Position numbers and translations under genes: made by a program
DNA from: an uncultured bacterium
GTDB lineage: Bacteria; Patescibacteriota; Minisyncoccia; Phycocordibacterales; CAWITU01
Length of the DNA: 62,459 bases
Assembly: GCA_963839205.1 (NCBI GenBank)
Contig: CAWITU010000006.1
Span: 1-62,459 of the forward strand
Reading direction: 5' to 3'
Shown: positions 30,829 through 40,240 of the stretch, piece by piece
How the letters are laid out: the number at the start of each line of letters is the position of its first letter
Numbering within the stretch: position 1 is the first letter of the stretch
Notes under the pieces: generated by a model
The model's input: the letters and a program-made list of their open reading frames with translations, nothing else
Told to the model about the DNA's origin: nothing
Databases searched by the model: none

Positions 30829-31469
30829 TTAATTCGAATGTGCAACTGATGCGTCCATGCTAATTTGTTCAACGTGGGGAATATTCACACCAGTACAGCT
30901 GTACTTTAAGACCTCGCCTTCGCGAAGCCGAACTTCGAGAACTTTTTGGTGAGCCGGCGAATTGATTGTGCAAGCCTCGAGAACCATTGCTTGAAGCAGG
31001 ATTGGGTGGCCGACAATCAATAATCGAGCGGGGAAAAGGATTGGGTCTGGTTTCGTTAATAATGTCCAAAATTTTCCTCATCCCATTTTCCCCATATCGA
31101 GTTAAAAGATCTCCGAAAATATGTTCTCGATATTCGGCCAACGTCGCCGAATTAAGATTTTTTTTCATGGTCTTCAGGTTCACACCATCTCTGGCCTTTG
31201 GGAAATCCCAATTCATCGGCCTTGACGATAGGGGGACACTTCTCATGTCGTTGAAGGATGATCCCAACTGTTTGCTTGGTTTGAATTGTGGGCGAGATGA
31301 TTGCTAAGTTGAAGTTCGTATCAGACAACTTGTGGGACAACTTAACAATTTGGTCCGCTCCTTTTTCGCTGAGCGGCCGGGTTGTATCATCGGGTCCCTC
31401 TGTTATCTGTCCATGCACAACAAAGTAAATGGTGCTGTAAGGTACTGCCAGAGTCGGTAATAGTTTCAT
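30829..31469 (-). CDS. Histidine-phosphatase (PGAM/SixA-like) family protein with two frameshifts; higher G+C
   Basis: MKLLPTLAVPYSTIYFVVHGQ... (RHG-type motif with V for R) ...LIVGHPILLQAM, the second His motif, spread over ORFs 31152..31562, 30869..31267 and 30829..31020. Confidence 0.6.
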
Positions 31470-31558
31470 GTGCGATTTCCTTTTTTTTGTAAATATACAG
31501 TCCTGCCGCCACTTAGTCAAAAATGGCCCGTTATCAGGATATTTTAAAGTTGGAGAGA

Positions 31559-32314
31559 TCAATGTTGTTCAAGTGGAACCATCGCCGTTGAGAAATAAAC
31601 CATTGCGAGAATAGCGAAAACAAGGGCTTGGATTAGACCCACAACTACTTCCAGACCTAAGAATGGAACTGGTATGAGATAGGGTACTAGATATGTCATA
31701 ACTGCTAAAAGGATTTCCCCAGCCAGGATATTTCCAAAAAGACGAAACGAGAGTGAGATAATTTTGCCGAATTCGCTTATAAATTCTAGAATGCCGACGA
31801 AAAATTCCATCGGATTTTGAAATCGAAAAAACTTTTTCAGGTGCCCCTTGAGACCAAGAGTTGCTAGGCCTAGAATGTGGCTTACGGTGACGACAATTAG
31901 AGTTAGAGCGAGAGTCATGCTCAAATCAGAATTAACTGAGCGAAATATTGGAACTAGATCATTTTTGCCACCAACAATTCTTTCAAATCCAATTGCGCTT
32001 AATCCTGGGATAATACCAAACCAATTTGAAAATAAGATAAGGAAAAAGAGTGTCCCAACAGCCGGTAAAAATCTAATGACTTGTTTGCGGTCACCCGTAA
32101 GTGTTGCCAGGAAATCAATAAAAGCATCAAAAATCATTTCGACTGCATTTTGGAATTTCCCAGGAACCCGATCATTTCTAGCCAAAACTTTTGAAAGGTA
32201 AATTGATACTGCAATCAATATGATAACTATCACCCAGGATGTTAAGATGGTGTTGGTTAGGGGGAAGCCCCAGATATAGGTTAGTATTTCGCCTTTGATT
32301 GATATTGGATTCAT
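31559..32314 (-). CDS. atpB: ATP synthase a subunit
   Basis: 251 aa, polytopic, with the conserved Arg region LSFRLFGNILAGE. Confidence 0.9.
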   Translation of the reverse strand: MNPISIKGEILTYIWGFPLTNTILTSWVIVIILIAVSIYLSKVLARNDRVPGKFQNAVEMIFDAFIDFLATLTGDRKQVIRFLPAVGTLFFLILFSNWFGIIPGLSAIGFERIVGGKNDLVPIFRSVNSDLSMTLALTLIVVTVSHILGLATLGLKGHLKKFFRFQNPMEFFVGILEFISEFGKIISLSFRLFGNILAGEILLAVMTYLVPYLIPVPFLGLEVVVGLIQALVFAILAMVYFSTAMVPLEQH

Positions 32315-32339
32315 GAAGTTTATTAAGTATAGTTAAATT

Positions 32340-34373
32340 ATGGGATTATTCAAATTATCGACAAAATTTAGCCCGGCCGGGGATCAGCCAAATGCAATCA
32401 AAGAATTGGTGGCTGGACTCAAAAAAGGTTTCCGAGAGGAGACTCTTCTTGGTGTGACTGGGTCCGGTAAGACTTTTACGGCCGCTAATGTTATTACTCA
32501 AATAAATAAACCGACTTTAGTTATTGCTCACAATAAAACACTCGCCGCTCAGTTGGCTCAGGAATATCGGGAATTTTTTCCAGAGAATGCTGTTCATTAT
32601 TTTGTTTCTTATTACGACTACTATCAGCCGGAAGCGTACATGCCGGTGTCTGATACATATATAGAGAAGGAGGCGATGATCAATGAAGAGATTGATCGCC
32701 TGCGTCACGCTTCGACGCAGGCGCTTTTGACTCGACGCGACGTCATTATCGTCGCGTCGGTCTCCTGTATCTATGGTTTAGGTTCTCCAGTTGAATATGA
32801 AAAAGTAAATTTGAGGATTGAGGTTGGACAGAAAATTGGCAGAGCCGAACTTCTCCGAAAATTAATTGATATTCATTTTGAAAGGACGAATGCTGACTTA
32901 GATCCTGGATTGTTTCGCGCTATTGGTAATTCAATAGAAATAATGCCCGTTAGTGAAAAAGTAATTTACAAAATTGATTTTGATGGAGAGAAAATTGGAA
33001 CAATTTTGAAAGTGGATGCGATTTCTAGAAGTATCATTGAAGAGATTAAAACTTTCTTCCTATTTCCAGCGAAGCACTTCATTACTAATGAAGACGAGAA
33101 AAACCGAGCTCTAAAAAGTATTAAAGAGGAATTGAATGACCAATTAGCCGTATTTGAAAAAGAAGGAAAGCTTCTTGAAGCTGAACGATTAAAACGCCGA
33201 ACTAATTATGATCTGGCTCTTATTAGAGAAGTCGGTTATTGCAATGGTATTGAAAATTATTCTAGACATTTTTCTGGAAAGGGCCCAGGTGAGCCACCAG
33301 ATTCACTGCTTTCATACTTTCCCTCGACTACGCTCGGGACAGGTCCAAACAAAAAGCAGGTTCCTGATTTTCTAACCATTATTGATGAATCTCACGTTAC
33401 AGTTCCTCAATTAAATGGAATGTACGCTGGAGATGCCTCCAGAAAGAAGACTCTTATTGAGCACGGATTTCGTCTTCCGTCCGCTGCCGATAACAGGCCA
33501 CTTAAATTTCCAGAATTTATGGAACGGGTTGGACAGATTATTTATACCTCAGCTACTCCAAGTAATTATGAAAGGACACAAAGTAAATTAATTGTTGAAC
33601 AAGTGATTAGGCCAACTGGTTTAGTTGACCCAATGATTGAGGTTAAACCAATTGTTGAAAAAGGAAAATATAAAGGACAGATTTTTGATTTTATTGAGCA
33701 AGCTGAGATTGAAATCAAAAAAGGTAATCGTGTCATTGCAACCACGCTTACTAAAAAAATGGCGGAGGATTTAAGTGAGTACCTCAAAGAGAAAAAAATT
33801 AAAGCTGAATATCTTCACAGTGATATTGAGACACTAGACCGCATCGAAATATTAACAAATTTTCGTAGAGGCAAATTTGATGTGCTTGTTGGGGTTAACC
33901 TTCTTCGTGAAGGATTGGATTTACCAGAATTAACTCTTATTGGAATTTTGGATGCGGACAAGGAAGGTTTTTTGCGTTCGGATACTGCTCTCATTCAGAC
34001 AATTGGAAGGGCGGCGCGTAATATCGATGGTCGCGTGATCCTATATGCCGACCACATGACAGGTTCGATGGAGCGATCGATCGGAGAAACCACGCGCCGC
34101 CGCACTCTTCAAACAAAATACAATAAAGACAATGGCATTACTCCAAAAACAATCATTAAGAAAATAAAAGATATCACTGAAGAGATGAGAACTGATCGCG
34201 AGAAGGCTGCAACAGAGCTTGCTCGCATTGATGAATCACGTTTTAAGAAAAATCCGACAAAACTTATCAAGGAAAAAGAAAAGCAAATGAATGACGCCGT
34301 TAAAGTTCTAGACTTCGAAACCGCCGCTCTAATTCGAGATGAAATTAGACTTTTGCAGTCTAAAAACAAATAG
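32340..34373 (+). CDS. uvrB: Excinuclease ABC subunit B
   Basis: GVTGSGKT, DESHVTVPQ, QTIGRAARN and the C-terminal UVR domain. Confidence 0.95.
   Translation: MGLFKLSTKFSPAGDQPNAIKELVAGLKKGFREETLLGVTGSGKTFTAANVITQINKPTLVIAHNKTLAAQLAQEYREFFPENAVHYFVSYYDYYQPEAYMPVSDTYIEKEAMINEEIDRLRHASTQALLTRRDVIIVASVSCIYGLGSPVEYEKVNLRIEVGQKIGRAELLRKLIDIHFERTNADLDPGLFRAIGNSIEIMPVSEKVIYKIDFDGEKIGTILKVDAISRSIIEEIKTFFLFPAKHFITNEDEKNRALKSIKEELNDQLAVFEKEGKLLEAERLKRRTNYDLALIREVGYCNGIENYSRHFSGKGPGEPPDSLLSYFPSTTLGTGPNKKQVPDFLTIIDESHVTVPQLNGMYAGDASRKKTLIEHGFRLPSAADNRPLKFPEFMERVGQIIYTSATPSNYERTQSKLIVEQVIRPTGLVDPMIEVKPIVEKGKYKGQIFDFIEQAEIEIKKGNRVIATTLTKKMAEDLSEYLKEKKIKAEYLHSDIETLDRIEILTNFRRGKFDVLVGVNLLREGLDLPELTLIGILDADKEGFLRSDTALIQTIGRAARNIDGRVILYADHMTGSMERSIGETTRRRTLQTKYNKDNGITPKTIIKKIKDITEEMRTDREKAATELARIDESRFKKNPTKLIKEKEKQMNDAVKVLDFETAALIRDEIRLLQSKNK
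32697..32759. repeat. Two tandem 10-bp perfect GC hairpins in uvrB
   Basis: CGCCTGCGTC-acgcttc-GACGCAGGCG and CGACGCGACG-tcattat-CGTCGCGTCG, within the codons for the conserved RLRHASTQALLTRRDVIIVASV. Confidence 0.95.
34010..34101. repeat. Long-range 10-bp perfect inverted repeat in uvrB enclosing 72 nt
   Basis: GGCGGCGCGT (34010-34019) pairs with ACGCGCCGCC (34092-34101), coding GRAAR and TRRR. Confidence 0.85.
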
Positions 34374-34431
34374 GGTACTATTGTCTGGCCTATACAACCC
34401 CTAAGCGCTAATGCCGGGGTATTTATCCTAT

Positions 34432-37035
34432 ATGCCAAACAAGGATTCAAAAAATTTAAATAATAACGATGAGTTGATTATTAAAGGTGCTCGAACTCAT
34501 AACCTTAAAAACATCACTGTTTCTATGCCTAGAAACAAGATGATTGTTTTTACTGGGCTTTCGGGATCCGGTAAATCATCTTTGGCTTTTGATACTATTT
34601 TTGCGGAAGGGCAGAGAAGATATGTTGAATCACTTTCTTCGTATGCTCGACAATTTTTGCGTCAAATGCAGAAGCCAGATGTTGATGAAATAATTGGACT
34701 TTCTCCAGCTATTTCAATAGATCAGAAATCAAGATCAAATAATCCGCGTTCGACGGTGGCGACTATCACTGAAATTTATGACTATTTGCGCGTGCTCTAT
34801 GCTCGAGTTGGTAAACCTCATTGTTTAATTTGCGGAAGAGAAATTAAGAAACTTTCAAAGGAAGAAATTATGGATGCTATTTTGACGACCGTGAGATCAA
34901 TTGATATTACCGGGAAGGAGAAAAAAATAATGGGGGTTAATTACTCTAGTGCTAAGTTTCAAATTCTGGCTCCACTTGTAATCGGTCGCAAAGGTGAATA
35001 CTACCAACTTCTTTATGATCTTTTGGGTAAGGGTTATGAATCATGTTTTGATTGATGGTTCACTCAAAAAACTTCGTGAGCAAATCATTCTTTCAAAAAA
35101 CAAAAAACACGATATTGATGTGGTGGTTGATGAATTTTATTTCTCCGAACTTCACGAAAACAAAGCCGGGTTTACTGAACGGTTAAGTGAATCAATTGAA
35201 AAATCATTGGAAGAATCGGATGGTCTGATTCGTATTCGTACGGGCGAGGAAAGTCATTTGATTTCTTCAAAATTCATGTGTCCTTACGACGGTTTCTCTT
35301 TCCCAGAAGTTGAACCACGTCTATTTTCATTTAATTCTCCGTATGGAGCATGCCCAGAATGTAATGGCCTAGGTACAAGACATTTTTTTGGTAATGAACC
35401 ATGTCCTGTATGTAATGGAGCACGTTTAAGACCAGAAGCTCTACACGTCTTTCTTGATACGGAGAAAAAAACTAACATTGTTAATTTGGCAGAGATGTCT
35501 ATTAAGAATGCTATTCATTTTTTCAAAACGCTTAAACTCTCTGCGAAAGAAAAAGAAATATCTAAAGTACCTATTCGTGAAATTCAATCACGTCTGATAT
35601 TTATGGAAAATGTCGGTATTGAATATTTGACGCTTGATAGAAGGGCAAATACTCTGTCCGGTGGGGAAGCCCAAAGGATAAGATTAGCTTCTCAGCTTGG
35701 CTCTGGTCTTGTAGGAGCACTCTACGTTTTGGATGAACCAACAATAGGTCTTCATTCTCGTGATAATGATCGGCTGATTAAAACTCTTTTGAATTTAAGA
35801 GACATGGGCAATACCATAATTGTGGTTGAACACGATGAAGATACAATTTTCTCATCTGATTATATTGTTGATATTGGCCCAGGCGCCGGAGTTCATGGTG
35901 GCCATGTCGTTGTTTCAGGATATTTGGATAAGCTCTTAACCGCCAAGAAAAATGATTCTAAATCATTGACCCTTGCTTACTTAAGAGAGGAGGAAAAGAT
36001 AGAAGTTCCAAAAAAGCGCCGAACTGAAAATAAAGGATCTCTTAAAATTGCTGGAGGACATATTTTCAATATTAAAGAATATGAATATTGAAGTTCCCGC
36101 TAGCAAAATTAATTTCCGTAACTGGTGTGTCTGGTTCGGGAAAGTCCTCATTCGTGTATGAGATTATTCATAAAAATCTTCAGGCTAGATTTGAGATGAA
36201 ATATAGAACCAATGATGTTTTTAATTGCTCCTCGTTTACTGGGACTGAATATGTTAATCGTTCGATTTTGATTGATCAGTCTCCAATTGGTAGAACTCCA
36301 AGGTCAAACCCAGCCACATATACTGGCGCTTTCACTCATATAAGAGATTTGTTTGCTTCTACGGCTGAAGCTCGAGCCCGTGGCTGGAAAGCCAATAGAT
36401 TCTCATTTAACGTCAAAGGTGGACGCTGCGAAAATTGTGACGGTAATGGAATGATTGAAGTTGAAATGCATTTCTTGCCGACAGTTTATGTTACTTGTGA
36501 CGTCTGTAATGGTAAGAGATTTATGAAAGAAACGCTTGAGGTGAAATATAAAAAGAAAAATATTTACGATATTTTACATATGACGGTTGAGGAAGCCCTG
36601 ACTTTCTTTGAGGATATTCCATCAATCTATGATCGAATTAAAACTCTTGATGAAGTGGGTCTTGGGTATCTGGAACTTGGACAATCTGCTACAACGCTTT
36701 CTGGTGGGGAAGCTCAGCGCGTTAAAATTTCTTCAGAACTTTATAGGCCACATCTTCAGAAGACAATTTATTTACTAGATGAGCCGACTATCGGTCTTCA
36801 CTATGAGGATGTTCGAAAATTAATAGAAATATTGGATAGATTAGTTTCGAAAGGAAATACAGTAATTGTTATTGAACATAATATGGACGTGATTAAGAGT
36901 TCAGATTACGTAATTGATATTGGTCCTGAAGGGGGAGATGGTGGTGGTAATATTGTAGCGAAAGGAACTCCAGAAGAAGTTGCTAATTCTCCAAAATCTT
37001 ACACTGGAACGTATTTAAAAAGAGTTCTTAGATAA
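34432..37035 (+). CDS. uvrA: Excinuclease ABC subunit A, at least 3 indels
   Basis: Three consecutive ORFs carry the UvrA ABC and zinc-finger motifs. Junctions are ~35040 and 36075-36100. At the latter, AAAG and CCC each carry one extra base relative to the reading ...[29 protein letters not shown]. Confidence 0.9.
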
Positions 37036-37042
37036 AAAAACA

Positions 37043-37069
37043 GGGAGCCACGTGATGTTCGTGGCTCCC
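37043..37069. terminator. Stem-loop between convergent uvrA and a small membrane gene
   Basis: GGGAGCCACG-tgatgtt-CGTGGCTCCC. A T7 run follows on the minus strand. Confidence 0.75.
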
Positions 37070-37097
37070 ATTAAAATGGAAAAATTGTATTGTCGGA

Positions 37098-37346
37098 TTA
37101 GTGTCGGAAGCTGGTTAGTTTGAAACCGGATACATACAGCAGAAACGATAGCCCCCCACTGATAAATGCGCTTAGATTTGGGTCGGCATAGTGTTTCGTG
37201 ACGCTGTAGACTGGCCACGCTACGAAGAACCAAATCAAGAGTGCAGTTATCCCAAAGAGGCCAACATTTACCATTAACCTTGAGTACCAAGTCTCGCCCG
37301 TATCAACAACCTCTTTCCTATCGTTATCGTTTTTTATAGAACTCAC
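37098..37346 (-). CDS. Small membrane protein (2 TM)
   Basis: 82-aa ORF with two hydrophobic helices and a terminator downstream. Confidence 0.5.
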   Translation of the reverse strand: MSSIKNDNDRKEVVDTGETWYSRLMVNVGLFGITALLIWFFVAWPVYSVTKHYADPNLSAFISGGLSFLLYVSGFKLTSFRH

Positions 37347-37366
37347 CTCCCTTCGTTTGAATTAAA

Positions 37367-38659
37367 ATGATACAATATATTAATAATAAGTCAATGAGTT
37401 ATCCACAAGCCAATTTATCGATAAAAAACAAAGTTAATAAGCTCCCAGATACTCCTGGAGTTTACTTTTTTCTAGGTTCAAAAAAAGAAATACTTTATAT
37501 CGGCAAAGCCACTTCACTTAAAGACAGGGTGAAGAGTTATTTTTCAGGAGGACTATTTGAGGCTAGAGGTCCACTTATTTAAAAGATGGTCGGGGAAGCC
37601 AAAAGTATAGATTTTAAAAAGACTGATTCAGTACTTGAAGCGGTTTTGCTAGAAGCTGACTTAATAAAAAAATTCCAACCTAGATATAACACTAAAGAAA
37701 AAGACGATAAGAGTAATAATTGCGTTGTCATAACAAAAGAGTCATATCCGAAGATTTTAATTGTTCGTAAAAAAGACCTCACCGAACTTAAAGCTTCAGG
37801 TCAGAAATTTAAAGATGTTTTTGGCCCATTTCCATCGGCTGGAATTTTACGCGAAGCTCTAAAAATTATTCGAAAGATATTTCCATACCGTGATGAAAAA
37901 TGTGTTTCTTACGAGGAACAAATTAATAAGGGAAAAGTTCCAAAACCCTGTTTTAATCGACAAATTGGTCTTTGTCCTGGTGTTTGCACTGGTGAAATAT
38001 CAAAAATAGATTATGCAAAAACTATTAGAAATATAGAACTTATGTTTCAGGGTAAGAAAGATAGACTAATTCAAAAACTTGAAAGGGAAATGAAAGTTTC
38101 TGCTAAGAAAAGGGAATTCGAAAAAGCTGGTGAGGCTAGAAATAATATTTATGCACTAAAACATATCCAAGATGTTTCCTTGGTTAAGGTTGACGATTCT
38201 CCCTCTGTCCCGGCCGAAACTTTTAGGATTGAATCTTATGACATTGCTCATATGGGTGGAGGAAATACTGTTGGCGTAATGGTAGTTTTGGAAAATCGTC
38301 TTGCTAAAAAGGATGACTACAGAAAATTTCGGATTCGACAAAAGACAGGTGGTGATGATCTTGCTGCGCTCAGAGAAGTTATCACCAGAAGGTTGGGACA
38401 TCCAGAGTGGCCGACAGCTGATCTTGTTGTAATTGACGGCGGCCCGACCCAGCTTCGGGCCGCCGAGAGTCTTTTCCCAGAAAATACTAAAATAGTTTCG
38501 GTAGTTAAGGATGCAACCCATAAACCTGATCACATTCTCGGGAACCCAGAAATTATCAATAAATATAAGAAGGAAATCCTTCTTTCAAACTCTGAATCCC
38601 ACCGCTTTGCTATTGCGTATCATAGGAAAAGAAGGGGTAGTACTTTTAAAAAAGTGTAA
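37367..38659 (+). CDS. uvrC: Excinuclease ABC subunit C with an in-frame TAA at 37580-37582
   Basis: GIY-YIG N-terminus (PGVYFF...ILYIGKA) and ORF 37586..38659 are in the same frame, separated by a single stop (...[16 protein letters not shown]...). Confidence 0.85.
38437..38465. repeat. Intragenic GC hairpin in uvrC (11 bp)
   Basis: CGGCGGCCCGA-cccagct-TCGGGCCGCCG, coding [11 protein letters not shown]. Confidence 0.9.
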
Positions 38660-38667
38660 AAAATAGG

Positions 38668-38696
38668 TTGACAAACTAGATTAAACTTGTTAATAT
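38668..38696 (+). promoter_or_regulatory. Near-consensus sigma-70 promoter with extended -10
   Basis: TTGACA, a 17-nt spacer ending in TGT, then TAATAT. Confidence 0.65.
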
Positions 38697-38702
38697 ACAC
38701 TA

Positions 38703-39006
38703 AATTCGAACCATGATTTTTGATATAGATTTGGAACGGGGATGGAGTCAAACAAGGCTAGCCCACCTTTGCTAGCTTAATGTTCGTCGCTCGGGCCGCC
38801 TCGATTGCTGTGGGTTTTTCATCCGAAGTTTTGCCGTTTGGTTTACGGCTGGGTGCTTTACCACTTGCGGTTGTGCCTACGGGCCTCTGTCTCTACACGG
38901 ACTCTGTCGTTTGGTTGGGCTCTACTAGGCCTGACCGAGTCGAAAAGCGAACGACTGGTAATCCTGTCCGCCCCTGGAACTACTTCGTCCCCGTTCCCAC
39001 GTTTTA
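38703..39006 (+). ncRNA. Candidate structured RNA of unknown family (GC-rich, 16-bp closing helix)
   Basis: 38733-38748 GGAACGGGGATGGAGT pairs with 38982-38997 ACTTCGTCCCCGTTCC. There are 16 pairs, and 2 G-U pairs are valid only on the plus strand. Internal hairpins at 38755-38778, 38833-38849 and 38935-38958. GTTTTAT follows the helix. No convincing ORF. Confidence 0.45.
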
Positions 39007-39168
39007 TATAAGCCGTCACTTTATTATGCAATTTTGTTGGAGGGAGGACCTTCAGGACTATTGCTAAATATTGTGGCGGCTTTTTCCATGCCCGTTTTTG
39101 AATTATATTTGTTCGGATTACGTGTAAGCCAGCTTCCACATATCTTCGCCAGCTATTATAATGATTGC

Positions 39169-40144
39169 ATGTCAAATAATATTAGAGTGGCAGTTCTCCG
39201 CGGTGGCCCATCAAGTGAATATGAAGTGTCTCTCAGAACTGGCTCTGCTGTTTTAAAAAATATTCCTGAAAAATATAAAGCATACGATGTCTTCATAGAT
39301 AAAGAAGGTAATTGGAATTTTGAGGGAACCAGAATCCAACCTTATGAAGTTGGTAGTCGAGTAGATGTTGTTTTTAACGCTCTTCATGGAGAATATGGAG
39401 AAGACGGCAAGGTCCAAAAGATTCTTGAGGATCACGCAATTCCATTTACTGGTTCAGGGTCATTAGCCTCGGCCATTGGGATGAACAAGTCACTATCTAA
39501 AAATTTCTTTAAATTTGCTGGAATAAAAACAGCTATCCACTTAGTCATAACTCAAGACGAAGCCACCCCCGAAAAAATACTTGAAATTTTTAAGACATTT
39601 CCTCATCCATCAATTGTGAAGCCGGTTTCAGCTGGATCATCAGTTGGGGTATCAATTGTGAGGACTTTTGATGATTTACCAATAGCCCTACAAAAAGCTT
39701 TCAGTGTTTCTCCAATAGCGATGATTGAAGAATATATTGATGGTGTAGAAGCAACTTGTGGAGTCATAAGTAAATTTCGAGGTAAGGAAGTTTATTCACT
39801 TCTTCCAATTGAGATTAGAAAACCAAAATCAAAAAGTGTTTTTGATTATGAAGATAAGTATTCGCCAACCTCTGGAGCAGAAGAAATTTGCCCAGGCAAT
39901 TTTTCAGAAGATGATAACAAACTATTCAAGAAGCCGCCAGAGATATTCACCAAGCTCTTAATTTGAGACATTATTCTCGATCTGATTTCATTGTTCATCC
40001 TAAAAGGGGAGTCTATGCACTTGAAGTAAATACCTTACCAGGGCTTACTGAAAGTTCACTTGTGCCAAAATCACTTGCTGCGGTTGGCTGCACGCTTCAG
40101 AGTTTATAGACCATCTAATTGGTTTGGCTTTGAATCGTAATTAA
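39169..40144 (+). CDS. ddl: D-alanine--D-alanine ligase, two frameshifts near the 3' end
   Basis: MSNNIRVAVLRGGPSSEYEVSL..., ATP-grasp core. The tail ...LRHYSRSDFIVHPKRGVYALEVNTLPGLTESSLVPKSLAAVG...EFIDHLIGLALNRN is recovered by switching frames. Confidence 0.85.
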
Positions 40145-40167
40145 AATTAGTGTAGTATGCCTGTCAC

Positions 40168-40240
40168 GGGCCCTTAGCTTAGTTGGTAGAGCGCCTCATT
40201 TGCAATGAGGAGGTCACCGGTTCGAATCCGGTAGGGTCCA
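40168..40240 (+). tRNA. tRNA-Ala (anticodon UGC), no encoded CCA
   Basis: Acceptor GGGCCCT/AGGGTCC with G3:U70, anticodon loop TTTGCAA, T-loop GGTTCGAATCC. Confidence 0.9.

Noticed and set aside
32371-32382. Considered adding short loop-less GC palindromes to the hairpin family (CCCGGCCGGG in uvrB, GGCACGTGCC at ~13866, GGCGCGCC at ~23447).
   Set aside because: Without a loop they cannot fold as RNA hairpins. At 8-10 nt they are within chance expectation or look like restriction-site palindromes.
34994-36100. Considered whether the overlapping ORFs in uvrA, tgt, trpS and others reflect programmed ribosomal frameshifting.
   Set aside because: There are too many sites, in unrelated genes, with no slippery heptamer plus pseudoknot pattern. 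Several sites are simple homopolymer length changes.
37580-37582. Considered whether the in-frame TAA in uvrC and the in-frame TAG at 7735-7737 are evidence for an alternative genetic code.
   Set aside because: TAA, TAG and TGA all terminate many well-conserved genes here at the expected ends, and long ORFs need no recoding. The stops sit among abundant indel-type errors, and the 7735 case is better explained by a compensating frameshift pair.
38703-39006. Tried to assign the GC-rich element upstream of ddl to tmRNA, SRP RNA, 6S RNA or a T-box leader.
   Set aside because: There is no tRNA-like acceptor/T-arm or CCA end. GGGGATG/CGTCCCC pairs, but G3 pairs with C and no T-loop precedes it. 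There is no GGAA-tetraloop helix-8 motif for SRP. It is too branched and too long for 6S. GGGTGCTTTACCAC only loosely resembles the T-box sequence, and ddl is not a T-box target. It is left as an unknown family.
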